Part shown: piece after piece, positions 19,451 through 29,619 of the stretch
How the letters are laid out: each line of letters begins with the position of its first letter
Numbering within the stretch: the first letter of the stretch is position 1
Assembly: GCA_024650005.2 (NCBI GenBank)
Contig: CP122380.1
Coordinates: 1,856,001-1,920,000 of the forward strand
Direction: 5' to 3'
Source: Candidatus Bathyarchaeum tardum
GTDB taxonomy: Archaea > Thermoproteota > Bathyarchaeia > Bathyarchaeales > Bathyarchaeaceae
DNA length: 64,000 nt
Notes under the pieces: generated by a model
What the model saw: the letters and a program-made list of their open reading frames with translations, nothing else
What the model was told of the DNA's origin: nothing
The model's database searches: none
Made by a program: the position numbers and the translations under genes

Positions 19451-20740
19451 GTGTCTTTTATGGTTGATGCGTGGATTCCTTACGGGAAAACTGAAGTTTG
19501 TGCAAGAATACCCACACGTAACTTTTTGGGAGATATTGAACCCAAACAGAAAAAAGGGGTAGAAGATCCGAGAGGAGAAATTGAAAGAGCCTTAAATGAG
19601 CCTATAGGAACCAAAAAGCTAAGTGAAATTGCGAAATCTGGAGACAAAGTTGCCATAGTTGTTAATGATGCTACACGAGCAACTCCAAGTCATTTGATGG
19701 TTGTTCCGTTACTTGATGAACTGAACAAAGCAGGAGTGAACGATTCTGACGTTACAATTATTTTTGGATGTGGAATACATCGTCCAGTAACTCCTAAAGA
19801 GCAAGAAAAACTCATAGGAAAAGAAGCTTTAGAAAGAGTGAAAATATTCAACCATGATTCCAAGGCTGAAGACCAAGTTTTTGTAGGAGAAACATCCCAT
19901 GAAACTAAAGTCAATATAAACAAAGTTTTTGCCGAAGCAGATGTCAAAATTTTGACAGGTGAAATAAACTTGCATTATTACGCTGGATATGGCGGAGGAA
20001 GAAAAGGAGTTCTTCCTGCGGTTTCAAGCGCTGAAACTATTCAACAAAACCATTCATTACTGGTAAGCGCTAAAGCCACAACCGGCGTTTTAGAGGGCAA
20101 CCCCGTTCACGAAGACATGTTAGAAGCAGCCAGACTGGCAAAGGTTGATTTCATTCTTAATGTTGTAACCAACAGCAAAAACGAGTTGGTTCAAGCCTTT
20201 GCCGGAGATGTAGAGCAAGCTTTTCTTGAAGGCACAAAACTTGTTGACGAAATGTATAAAGTTCCTATTGAGCAACGGGCAAACATTGTTGTTGTAAGTG
20301 CAGGCGGGCACCCTCATGATATTAACCTGTATCAAGCAACTAAAGCATTACAAAACGCGTTAGATGCCGTGAAAAGAAGAGGAATAATAATTTTGGTTGC
20401 TGAATGCCCAGAAGGTCATGGTAACGAAGCTTTTGCCGAGTGGATGGAAAAATATACGGATATAAAACGGTTAGAACGAGAAATAAAAAAGAATTTTGTT
20501 CTAGGTGGTCACAAAGCATATTTCATTAACAAGGCTCTTCAAAAAGTCACAATTATTCTGGTTTCCGTTATGCCTGATTGTTATGCAATTAACACCTTCA
20601 AGATGCGAACGTCAAGTGCAATGAACGATGCCATGCGAGATGCCTTTGAGATTGCAGGTAAAAACGCCAAAGTTTACGTTATGCCCCATGGAAGAGAGAC
20701 AGTAGCTGAATATCAATCGACAGACGAAAACGAAGATTAA
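19451..20740 (+). CDS. larA: Nickel-pincer-dependent lactate racemase family protein
   Basis: ND.TR.TP, G.HR, NHD, HYYAGYGGGRK, GG.P.DINLYQ..K, GGHKA, MPHG. Confidence 0.88.
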   Translation: MSFMVDAWIPYGKTEVCARIPTRNFLGDIEPKQKKGVEDPRGEIERALNEPIGTKKLSEIAKSGDKVAIVVNDATRATPSHLMVVPLLDELNKAGVNDSDVTIIFGCGIHRPVTPKEQEKLIGKEALERVKIFNHDSKAEDQVFVGETSHETKVNINKVFAEADVKILTGEINLHYYAGYGGGRKGVLPAVSSAETIQQNHSLLVSAKATTGVLEGNPVHEDMLEAARLAKVDFILNVVTNSKNELVQAFAGDVEQAFLEGTKLVDEMYKVPIEQRANIVVVSAGGHPHDINLYQATKALQNALDAVKRRGIIILVAECPEGHGNEAFAEWMEKYTDIKRLEREIKKNFVLGGHKAYFINKALQKVTIILVSVMPDCYAINTFKMRTSSAMNDAMRDAFEIAGKNAKVYVMPHGRETVAEYQSTDENED

Positions 20741-20746
20741 TAATTG

Positions 20747-21556
20747 TTACAAGTTTTTGAATTTTTCAGTTATTTTTGCGATTTCTTCAAACTTGGTTAG
20801 AACATTAGTGACGTTTTCACCCATGCGGTAGGTGTCTTTATCAAGTCTTCCTTTTGGATTTAGTTCAGATAGAACATTACGCTGGTCAAAGTTGGGATTG
20901 TCATGGGCATAAGGCCATAATCTGAAGGAGCCTCCAGTGATTTCGTCTATTAAGTATACTTGTCCGCCAATTATGCCGTACTCTAGTTTCATGTCAATTA
21001 ATTGAATGTTAAATCGTGCAAAAGCTTTTTCGAGATGAACAAAAATTTCGGCATTCATTTGGCGCATAACAGCAAAATCCGTTCCGCCTTCTTTTGCTGT
21101 GATAATGTAATCAATGTATTTGTCATCAAGCATAGGGTCGTGCAAGGGATCATCTTTGTAATGGAACTGGGTAATTACAGGATCAAACCGTGTTCCTTCA
21201 ACCATTTTGCCCCATTTTAGAATTGAACCTGCAGCAACTCTTCGGCTGACTACTTCTAGGTTAATTTTTCGGTCCAGCTTCTTAACCAGTGAAACTTTTT
21301 CTTCGGGGCTAGAAATGTAATGAGTTTGAACACCTTTTCGGTTTAACAACTCAAAGATGTCCTTGTTTGTTTTCCAGTCCACCAAAGCTTTGCCTTGAAT
21401 TATGTCATGTTTTACTCCATCTCCGGCGGTGATGTCGTCTTTGAAAACCATGTACGCAGTTTTGGGGTCATTGGGGTTTTCGTAGACTATCTTGGTTTTG
21501 CCTTCTACAATTTTTTTCAGGGAACTAAAATCAACAGTCATACAAGTTTCACTCAA
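20747..21556 (-). CDS. purC: SAICAR synthetase
   Basis: EGKTK, KDDITAGDG, LEVVSRR..AGS, KDD..HDP, ID.K.E.G, DEI....RLW, DKD.YR. Confidence 0.88.
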   Translation of the reverse strand: MSETCMTVDFSSLKKIVEGKTKIVYENPNDPKTAYMVFKDDITAGDGVKHDIIQGKALVDWKTNKDIFELLNRKGVQTHYISSPEEKVSLVKKLDRKINLEVVSRRVAAGSILKWGKMVEGTRFDPVITQFHYKDDPLHDPMLDDKYIDYIITAKEGGTDFAVMRQMNAEIFVHLEKAFARFNIQLIDMKLEYGIIGGQVYLIDEITGGSFRLWPYAHDNPNFDQRNVLSELNPKGRLDKDTYRMGENVTNVLTKFEEIAKITEKFKNL

Positions 21557-21849
21557 GTTCCAAATATATGAAACAAGATTATTTTAAGGTGTCTAAACAG
21601 CTCTTTAGCCCTAAAGGGATTCTAGTGTTCCATTTTTTGTGTGTTATTATCATTTCAAATTTGAACACTAGTTCTTATCATGCAAGTTAGGGATGAAGAA
21701 ACGTTCAAAAAGGCTAAAGGCATTTGTCGGGATGTGAATAAAAAAATTTCAACACAAAAATCATTCTTTGTTTAATTAGTCAACACTTACCTTCATTAAC
21801 GTGTAAATCTTATAAATAATACGGTATTTATTGTATATTTATCCAAAAG

Positions 21850-22002
21850 ATGAAACAGGATGCGGAAATCGTGCCCAACCCCACAGTGGCTGGGCTAGAA
21901 AAAGAGATAGTGGACCTGAAAATACGCGTCAACAACCTAGAGAAAAAGATGGCTACATTATCAGCGCCAAAATCCAAGCCCAGAGGTCAAAGATTCATAT
22001 AA
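21850..22002 (+). CDS. Putative 50-aa coiled-coil microprotein (absent from the ORF track)
   Basis: MKQDAEIVPNPTVAGLEKEIVDLKIRVNNLEKKMATLSAPKSKPRGQRFI; heptad pattern; TTATAAA box about 35 nt upstream. Confidence 0.5.
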   Translation: MKQDAEIVPNPTVAGLEKEIVDLKIRVNNLEKKMATLSAPKSKPRGQRFI

Positions 22003-22152
22003 GTGAAAGCACGAAATATTCCACCACCCCCCATTTTTGTTGGTGTAAACTATGATCAATAGCCAAGAATAATCTAACACCCAATACAAACAAAATCGTA
22101 TCTATTAAAATCCGAAAGGAATTTAATGTAGATGAAAAACAGGAAAGTTAAC

Positions 22153-22326
22153 ATGACGAATCAAACGGTCCTCGGAAAATTCTCAGGCACAGACAGCGTG
22201 TGCAAAACATGCAAACACTTAGAGAAAATAGACGGGCAATTCTTTTGCAATTTTCTAGGCGCATTCCTTGCAGAACAAACCCTTTACATTCCATGCGATA
22301 TGAAAGAAAAAATTCAAACAAAATAA
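22153..22326 (+). CDS. Small Cys-rich protein (CxxCxH...C...PCD), paralog of 29203-29403
   Basis: VCKTCKH..FFC.F..AF....TL.IPCD conserved with the second copy. Confidence 0.65.
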   Translation: MTNQTVLGKFSGTDSVCKTCKHLEKIDGQFFCNFLGAFLAEQTLYIPCDMKEKIQTK

Positions 22327-22652
22327 AAAAATGGGTTTTCTTTTTCTTCGCCAAATAGACAAGACCCCTCGCCACAATTATTAATGCAACAATCCACTAG
22401 AATTGCCCCAAAAAAACGATACTAAAAGCGCCATTGATGATTTCTTGCTAGGTCATCAAGCTTTTTGTTAGTTACTGTGATTTTTCCTCGTGATTTTAAG
22501 AGTGAAAGTTTTGTGATACAGAATCTCAAATACCCAAACAAAAACAAATTGCATGAAAACAAAAGAACGAATAAGGTCATAAAATGTGGTTTTTGACAGA
22601 TTTAGATAGGTTTAAGAATTGTGAATAACGCATATTTTAGTATAATGAGGTT

Positions 22653-23231
22653 TTGACCATGGAATTAAAAGGTAGTGAAACTGAGAAAAATCTCCTAAAA
22701 TCTTTTGCTGGTGAATCACAAGCCAGAACCCGATACACGTTTTTTGCGAGTGTAGCAAAGAAAGAAGGTTACGAACAAATTTCAGAAATATTTACTGAAA
22801 CCGCAGGGAATGAGAAAGAACACGCTGAACTGTTTTTCAAATATCTCAAAGGTGGAGACGTTGAAATCACTGCAGCATACCCCGCAGGGGTTATTAGTAC
22901 AACAGCATCCAACCTGAAAGCCGCCGCAGAAGGAGAAAAAATGGAATGGGGAACATTATATCCTGATTTTGCAGCAGTAGCAGAAAAAGAAGGTTTTATG
23001 GACATTGCAAATACTTTTCAGATGGTAGCAAAAGTAGAAGCTAAACATGAACTGCGATACAGAAAACTGTTAGCCAATATTGAACAAGGTACAGTCTTCA
23101 AAAAAGACAAAGTCATCAAATGGAAATGCCGAAACTGTGGCCACGTGCATGAGGGCATTGAAGCTCCAGAAAAATGTCCCGTGTGTGACCATGCAAGAGC
23201 TTACTTTGAAGTTTGGTGTGAAAACTACTAA
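22653..23231 (+). CDS. rbr: Rubrerythrin
   Basis: FAGESQAR, EKEHA, EAKHE di-iron ligands; WKCRNCG...CPVC rubredoxin domain. Confidence 0.95.
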   Translation: MTMELKGSETEKNLLKSFAGESQARTRYTFFASVAKKEGYEQISEIFTETAGNEKEHAELFFKYLKGGDVEITAAYPAGVISTTASNLKAAAEGEKMEWGTLYPDFAAVAEKEGFMDIANTFQMVAKVEAKHELRYRKLLANIEQGTVFKKDKVIKWKCRNCGHVHEGIEAPEKCPVCDHARAYFEVWCENY

Positions 23232-23263
23232 CTGGTTATAGCACAAAAAAAGGAGGTGTAAAG

Positions 23264-23380
23264 TTGACAGAAGAAGGACAAGTATACCTTTGTGAAATTT
23301 GTGGAAACAAAGTAAAAATTCTAGATGCTGGTGCTGGAACCCTAGTTTGTTGCGGAGAAAACATGACTCTTGTCGAGTAA
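23264..23380 (+). CDS. Stand-alone desulforedoxin (FeS4 domain), 38 aa, absent from the ORF track
   Basis: MTEEGQVYLCEICGNKVKILDAGAGTLVCCGENMTLVE; AGGAGGTG SD; follows rbr; T-tract downstream. Confidence 0.88.
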   Translation: MTEEGQVYLCEICGNKVKILDAGAGTLVCCGENMTLVE

Positions 23381-23447
23381 ACTTGTGAAACTAAAAAATC
23401 CAGCCTTTTTCTTTTTTTCTTTTATTATAAAAACGATGAGACAAGTC

Positions 23448-23633
23448 TTACTTGTCTTTTGGTTTTGAACCGATTTCTACACACAAGATGTTACATTGGT
23501 AGCGTTTGTCACCAATTTGCATTTTTCCTTGTGCATGGTATCCGCGGCTCCCAGTTTTAAAATCTTTTTTGTTCAAAATGAAATCTTGCTTTATTCCATT
23601 TAGTTGTATTGACACTAAATTCGTTTCACTCAT
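23448..23633 (-). CDS. Small hypothetical protein (FKTGSRGY motif)
   Basis: 61 aa from ATG 23633 with GGTGA SD; beta-rich and basic. Confidence 0.6.
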   Translation of the reverse strand: MSETNLVSIQLNGIKQDFILNKKDFKTGSRGYHAQGKMQIGDKRYQCNILCVEIGSKPKDK

Positions 23634-23744
23634 TATAACGTTCACCAGTATATTGGTAAGACTCAGCATTTCTCCCTTTTCAGAGTTACTCTTTCAAAAA
23701 ATACAAATCAAAGGTACAAATAACAATAATTGCAAACAACTGCC

Positions 23745-26700
23745 TTAATCCAATTCAATTTTGTAATTGGGTTTATTATTCTTGTTAATTTTCGGGACAT
23801 AAATCACAAATTGTACGCCTTCACCAAATTTTCCAAGCTCGTTTACTGTCCAACCGTAAACTTCACAAATTTTTCGTATTAGGTAAAGTCCGTAGCCACT
23901 GCCTTTCCCGTAACCTTCTTTGAAAGAAATTTCTTTTTCAGTTTCAGGTATTCCGATTCCGTTATCTTCATAAATTAGGCTTATGTGGTCCACTTCTTCC
24001 TTGTAGTAAACTTTGATTTCACTTACTTTTTCGCCATGTTTCAAAGAGTCGTCAATAAAATTGTAGAAAATTTGCCTTAACAAAGAGTCAGCCATTACAG
24101 AGAATCCGGAACAGCCATTAACAAATTTGATTCCATCTATGCATGAAAATAGGGAAACTGCTTCATCAACACTTTTTTTGACATCAATATACGATAACTC
24201 TTCAACACCCAACTGCTCATAAGTTTGGGCAAAGGAAAAAATTCGGATCACTTGCTCAACTGCTGAATCTATAGAATTAAAATATTTAGAAATATCTTTG
24301 TTATGAGCAAATTGTTGCCTTGCAAGATAAATATTGTTTGAAATAACTGACAACTTGTTTCGAACATCATGCCGAGTTAACTTGCCAACAACCCTCAACT
24401 TTTCATTAATTACCAAAAGTTCCTTCATAATTCTGTCCATTGAGTCTTCTGCTTTCTTGCGTTCAGTAATATCACGGGCAATAACATACAAAAACTGCTT
24501 TCCATCAAACTCAACCAACTGGAACATATTTATTATATCTCTGATGTCACCGTTTTTTGCACGATATTTAGTTTCAAACTCATCTATTCCAGTATCCTGG
24601 ATTTGCATTATTCGAGCATTTATCGCGTCTGTTGTTTCCAAAAGTTCAAAATCAGCAATACACAATTTTTTAAACTCTTCTCGCGAATAACCCAATTGCT
24701 TATGAGCGACATCATTGAATTCAACTAAACAACCATTTAAATCAGCTATAGAAATACCTACAGGAGCTTTATCAAAAAGAAAACGATACATTTTTTCTGC
24801 CTCACGGAGCCTGTTTTCCATCTTTTTGCGGTCATCTATGTTGATAGAAAGTTCAGAAACCGCAATTATATTGCCTTCGTCGTCTCTAATTGGATTAGCT
24901 GTAAGTTCGATGCAACAACGTTGTCCGTTAGGAGCAGGGACAGATTGTTCACACACTACATGGGTTTTTCCGGTTTCAAAAATTTCTTTAACGCCACAGT
25001 TTGGACAAATATTACCAAGGTCATTGTATACAGAGTGACACGTTTTGCCGATTACATCACCACATAAGTCAGTGAGAAACTTGTTTGCCCACAAGATTTT
25101 ATAATCTTTTGAGATAACGCTAAGTCCAACATTAAGGGTGCCAGTGACCGTTTCAAATTTTTCTTGCTCTTGACGTAACGCGTCTTCTGCTTTTTTGCGT
25201 TCTGTCACATCTCGCAGGGTACCTTGGATAGCCACAATATTGCCTTTGGAATCACGCAGTAATTTAGGCTTAAATTCGCCCCAACCAGTAGAACCATCTT
25301 TACGCATGTATTCGTAACGTCGAAATTTAGGTTCAAAATCAAGATTTTTTGCGGATAAAGCAAGGTCAGCTTGGATTTCAACAAGTCCACGCTCATAAGA
25401 TTCAGGAGTCATCAAACCTTTTGGTCCAAGATTTATGATTTCATCAGGAGTATACCCAGATAAAGTTTCGACAGAAGGACTGACATATTTGATACTCAGA
25501 TCTAAGTTTTGAATGAATATTACATCAGTAATATTTTCAGTCAGTAACCGATACTGTTCCTTACTTTCTTTAAGCTTTTCTTCAGTTTCTTTACGTTCAG
25601 TTACATCCCGTAAAACGCCTTGCACTCCAATAGGGTGACCTTTGGAATCCAACAATATTTTCGTTCGCAGTTCACCCCAAAATGTTGTGCCATCTTTTCG
25701 TATGTACTCATATTGCCTAAGGGGAATTTCAGAATCTGGTTTTTCAGCAACTAAAGAAAGGGCCTCTTTGAAATCAACTATTCCGCGTTCAAAAGATTCT
25801 GGAACCATAAAATCTGCTGGTTTTAGATCATAGACTTCTTCAGGGGAATAACCAGATAAAGTTTTGATTGAGGGACTCACATACGTGACATCTAGATTCA
25901 TATCCTGAATGTAGATTACATCAGTAATGTTTTCTGTCAACAACCGATATGTTTTCTCGTTTTCTTGCAGTTTCTCATAAGCAGCCTTGCGCTCTAAATA
26001 ATTTCCAATAAGTTCTAAAAATATCTGAATAAGGGCAATATCATCAGGACCCCAAAATTCAGTATTGTGTACATTATTTAAGCCTATGAAACCCCCTAAC
26101 TCACCCGACAAAAAAAGAGGCAACACCAAAATTGATCTGATGCTTTTGTTGTCCAAAAATTCTTTTATTTCATTTAACTCCAAAGGCAACAGTGAAACAT
26201 CAGACAGTTGAATTGTTTTTCCATCACGAAGTTGGTCTAAACCCCAAGAAATTTGTTCAATTGCAAGTTTCTCAAGGTTTTCAAGTTGAGGAGCAGCAGA
26301 GTCTGAGCACCATTCAAAGATGTTTTTAATAACTGTTTGATTATCACTCAATAAAAATAGCCAAACACGGCTTGCCCCACTTGTTCGCCCAATATCTTCC
26401 AGAGATTTATTAATTGCGTTATCAAAATCGGGGGGATTCACAAACCTTGAAGATATTCGTGATATAACTGACTCAAATTCTAGCTTGTATGTTAACCTTT
26501 TTTCTGCTTTTCTTTTATTTACAGCTTGAAGAATATAATGGGAAAGTTGAGAAAAAACAGTTTTTGGGTGCCCCAGTTTGTTAAGGTAATAATCAGCACC
26601 AATATTGAGGGCTTTAATTGCTACTTCTTCACGACCTTTTCCAGTGAACAATATAAACGGAATTTCATCACCAGTTTCCCTTAGCTCTTTTAAAAAAGTT

Positions 26701-26960
26701 AAACCATCTTTTTCAGGCATCTGATAATCAGAAACTATAACATCAAAAGTTTGTTCACTTAATTTTTTAATGGCTTCCCTTACGGTAGAAACAGTTTCGA
26801 CACGAAAGCAACTTTGTAATTCCAAAATTTGTTTGGCAGAAGATAAAAGATCTGAATCATCATCCACGTGCAACACTTTGATGGCTGGTGTTCCCACAGA
26901 ATTGGATAAAGTTGTTGCACTATTATCAGTACTTGACCCCCATTTTGTCAGGTTTCCCAC
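23745..26960 (-). CDS. Hybrid sensor histidine kinase: REC-GAF-4xPAS-HisKA-HATPase
   Basis: HVDDD, SDYQMP and FTGKG receiver; GAF; repeated RDVTERK PAC motifs; RHDVRNKL H-box; DNGIGI and GYGL boxes. Confidence 0.92.
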   Translation of the reverse strand: MGNLTKWGSSTDNSATTLSNSVGTPAIKVLHVDDDSDLLSSAKQILELQSCFRVETVSTVREAIKKLSEQTFDVIVSDYQMPEKDGLTFLKELRETGDEIPFILFTGKGREEVAIKALNIGADYYLNKLGHPKTVFSQLSHYILQAVNKRKAEKRLTYKLEFESVISRISSRFVNPPDFDNAINKSLEDIGRTSGASRVWLFLLSDNQTVIKNIFEWCSDSAAPQLENLEKLAIEQISWGLDQLRDGKTIQLSDVSLLPLELNEIKEFLDNKSIRSILVLPLFLSGELGGFIGLNNVHNTEFWGPDDIALIQIFLELIGNYLERKAAYEKLQENEKTYRLLTENITDVIYIQDMNLDVTYVSPSIKTLSGYSPEEVYDLKPADFMVPESFERGIVDFKEALSLVAEKPDSEIPLRQYEYIRKDGTTFWGELRTKILLDSKGHPIGVQGVLRDVTERKETEEKLKESKEQYRLLTENITDVIFIQNLDLSIKYVSPSVETLSGYTPDEIINLGPKGLMTPESYERGLVEIQADLALSAKNLDFEPKFRRYEYMRKDGSTGWGEFKPKLLRDSKGNIVAIQGTLRDVTERKKAEDALRQEQEKFETVTGTLNVGLSVISKDYKILWANKFLTDLCGDVIGKTCHSVYNDLGNICPNCGVKEIFETGKTHVVCEQSVPAPNGQRCCIELTANPIRDDEGNIIAVSELSINIDDRKKMENRLREAEKMYRFLFDKAPVGISIADLNGCLVEFNDVAHKQLGYSREEFKKLCIADFELLETTDAINARIMQIQDTGIDEFETKYRAKNGDIRDIINMFQLVEFDGKQFLYVIARDITERKKAEDSMDRIMKELLVINEKLRVVGKLTRHDVRNKLSVISNNIYLARQQFAHNKDISKYFNSIDSAVEQVIRIFSFAQTYEQLGVEELSYIDVKKSVDEAVSLFSCIDGIKFVNGCSGFSVMADSLLRQIFYNFIDDSLKHGEKVSEIKVYYKEEVDHISLIYEDNGIGIPETEKEISFKEGYGKGSGYGLYLIRKICEVYGWTVNELGKFGEGVQFVIYVPKINKNNKPNYKIELD

Positions 26961-27165
26961 CCCACCTTAGCCACAGACTCAAGTTTTTGTGCAGTTGAGC
27001 TAAAAGTGTTATGTAGACAGAATTCAAATTAGTAAAGCAGTTAATTTAAATTCTAAAAAATTTTTGGCAAAAAAGAAGATATCAAATCCGATTTAGTTTT
27101 GAAAATATGTCTCAAAAAAGAGAAAGGAATAGAGCTGCATTTTAAACATTAATTTATTGTCGGGT

Positions 27166-27813
27166 TCATCGTGGTGGAACGTACCATGAATCTGGGCTTT
27201 GATATTTGACCACAGGAGTGTTATCTTTGAAATCGAGTTGTTTGTCACATAGATTTACTAACGAGAGCAAAATCTGTTTGTGCAGATCTTCATCTTTAAC
27301 TATCAAACTAAAAATACTCAAATCAGGTTCATTCTTGTCGGGGTCTTCATCTTCAGTAAATTGAGCAGTGTCCACGTGAAAGGCTTTGGCGTACTCATCG
27401 TACAATAAAGTTTCAAAACCCGCTAAAGTATCAATTACTGAAAGCAATTCTTCCCGACTAAGTTTTTTTCTACGTGAAATATCTGCTGAAAGAGTACTAA
27501 TCAAGTCAATATTGTACCTGATGGTTTCGTTGCAATCATTTTCTTTTAGTTTTGAACCCCCTGCTTCTTCAAGGATTCTAACCAAAACAGTAGAATGTTT
27601 TAGGCTGTCACTGGCAATGTAAGTAAACAATGTCTTGGCAGCTAAATCTTCAACTTTTAAGGACAAGTTAGTATACAGTTCGTATAATTCACGCTCCATC
27701 AGACCTAAAGAAACCATTTGTCTTTCAACAAAAGTAATTCCAATCATGAAAACAACCTCTATGTTTGTGGAAACTTCACCTAGTGATAACCGTATTAGTT
27801 TACACCAAATCAT
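27166..27813 (-). CDS. Ferritin-like (rubrerythrin-like) four-helix protein
   Basis: E...Y..., DSLKH, E, DEDLH carboxylate/His pattern. Confidence 0.65.
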   Translation of the reverse strand: MIWCKLIRLSLGEVSTNIEVVFMIGITFVERQMVSLGLMERELYELYTNLSLKVEDLAAKTLFTYIASDSLKHSTVLVRILEEAGGSKLKENDCNETIRYNIDLISTLSADISRRKKLSREELLSVIDTLAGFETLLYDEYAKAFHVDTAQFTEDEDPDKNEPDLSIFSLIVKDEDLHKQILLSLVNLCDKQLDFKDNTPVVKYQSPDSWYVPPR

Positions 27814-27941
27814 GTATTAAATATTACGATTTATTAGTATATTTATTGTTCAACCAGACAAAAACAGCCAGCAACAATCACCTGAAGGAAAAAACGACAC
27901 AGGAAAAACGGAACAAACATCACTTTTCCGTAAATAATCAA

Positions 27942-28577
27942 TTAAGCGGAAATTATTACTTCATCATCTACCAAGGTTTTCGCTTTAACAATCCAAGTAA
28001 CGAGTTTTGATACAGGAAGACCAGTTTCTTTAGAAAGATCAGAAGCCGAACATTTCGCCAAATCAGAAATAGTATAGACCCCAGCCTCCACCAAATCTTG
28101 GGCTCGACTTGAACCAATTCCTTTTATCTTCATTAAATCAGAAACAATTTCTAGGTTTTGACCAATATCATCAAGAATTTCTTCTGCATCCGAAACTTTG
28201 GCAGGTGCTTCAGCAGGCAATTCAAGAGAAGCTTCTGTATTTTCATCAACAGATTCCTCTGCTGGAACCTCGACAGGCCCTACCAGGGATTTTTCAAATT
28301 CCTGGACAACTGATTGGTCGAGTTCAAACTTGTTGTTTTCTGCCGATTCACTTTGAGGTTCTGCAGGGGCTTCCCCACAGGGGTTTTCAGCGTAACGAAG
28401 CACAAGTTTTCGAGTTACAATTAAACGCTCCCATTGTTTTTGGGCAACATTATAACAAAAATAGTGCTCGTTATGTTTTGCTAAGCATCGATAATAGAGG
28501 AAGTTATCTTTGTCTTCGACCAGGGACATTTTACTTGCACATTTTTTTTCTGCACAAGGTAGCGTTTCTGCAACCAT
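27942..28577 (-). CDS. Protein with Cys/His-rich N-terminus, acidic linker and C-terminal helix-hairpin-helix domain
   Basis: IKGIGSSRAQDLVEAGVYTISDLA HhH motif. Confidence 0.7.
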   Translation of the reverse strand: MVAETLPCAEKKCASKMSLVEDKDNFLYYRCLAKHNEHYFCYNVAQKQWERLIVTRKLVLRYAENPCGEAPAEPQSESAENNKFELDQSVVQEFEKSLVGPVEVPAEESVDENTEASLELPAEAPAKVSDAEEILDDIGQNLEIVSDLMKIKGIGSSRAQDLVEAGVYTISDLAKCSASDLSKETGLPVSKLVTWIVKAKTLVDDEVIISA

Positions 28578-28724
28578 AATTTATCCCGTTTATTAATATA
28601 CAATATATTGTTTAAAAGTGTTATTGGTCTAAAATCCACAACGGAAACAAATACAACCATAAAACATGAATTTTATCGACCCCCAACTAAAAGCATATCA
28701 ATAAACTGGAGAAAAAATATGCAA

Positions 28725-28934
28725 TCATGAAGAAGCTAGACATTCGACAACTTTTGGACATAAGAAGCATTCTTCAGGCATCGGATTTCCTTTAGGCATT
28801 TTGGATAAATAACCAAAAGAATGAGGGCATTTGAATTGTTTTTTGTCGTTATTATCCGAGTTGCCCGGTGATTGTTTTGATATTGCTTCTTTGACTTTTT
28901 CCAGCAATTCATCTAATGGAACATCAGCGGACAT
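28725..28934 (-). CDS. Small Cys-rich protein (CPH.FGYL...EEC..C....EC)
   Basis: 69 aa, four Cys plus His in a compact C-terminal motif. Confidence 0.65.
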   Translation of the reverse strand: MSADVPLDELLEKVKEAISKQSPGNSDNNDKKQFKCPHSFGYLSKMPKGNPMPEECFLCPKVVECLASS

Positions 28935-29202
28935 ATTTTACTACCGATTATTGTGAAAGCTTGACTGAATATTTAACGCCTATGAACGCCTAATACGCAT
29001 TTCAAGTAACCAAAAAATTGGCAATTAACAGTTTTGAAATTCAAATACAAAAATTTTTGACATTAAATCATAAAATTTTTAGTTTTAAAAGGTGAATGTG
29101 ACTTATACATTTTGTCAGGAATCTGGCTTGTATTATGAAATTAGGTATTAGCTGCATTTTTTGGAAAAAAGGTTACAACAAAAATAGCAAATGAAACTGA
29201 AA

Positions 29203-29403
29203 CTAAAAATTGCCAGAACCAACCAAGGAAACTAAAAAGTCTAGTTTTTCTTGGAAATCACAAGGAATGGAAAGAGTTTCCGCAGTGAAAAAAGCTTGAT
29301 AAAATTTACAGTAGAACATGCCCTCAGATTCAATGAAGTGTTTGCAACTGGTGCATACAGTTTCTGTTTTAGCAAGCTTTTCTAGCATTACCTGTTGAGT
29401 CAT
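29203..29403 (-). CDS. Small Cys-rich protein, paralog of 22153-22326
   Basis: MTQQVML...VCTSCKH..FYC.F..AF....TL.IPCD; similarity to the paralog begins at ATG 29403. Confidence 0.65.
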   Translation of the reverse strand: MTQQVMLEKLAKTETVCTSCKHFIESEGMFYCKFYQAFFTAETLSIPCDFQEKLDFLVSLVGSGNF

Positions 29404-29619
29404 AGTTTGACGTGAATCCTTTATAGTTAATACAGTTATGAAGTTTGGCTTCATGTTGAAGTATAGGACAAAGGACCAAATCCAATCATGAAAATTCCAA
29501 TCAGAAAACAATAAACCGCAACCGACAACAAACTCCACAACCGAGAGTTTCAATAGCTACCAGTTGATTTTCATGCTCAAAAATATAAGTTAAAATATTT
29601 TCAAGCAGTTAATTAAGAT

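Noticed and set aside
21831-22055. 74-aa ORF from the track
   Set aside because: The overlapping frame 21850-22002 has an ATG and a clear heptad pattern and is preferred
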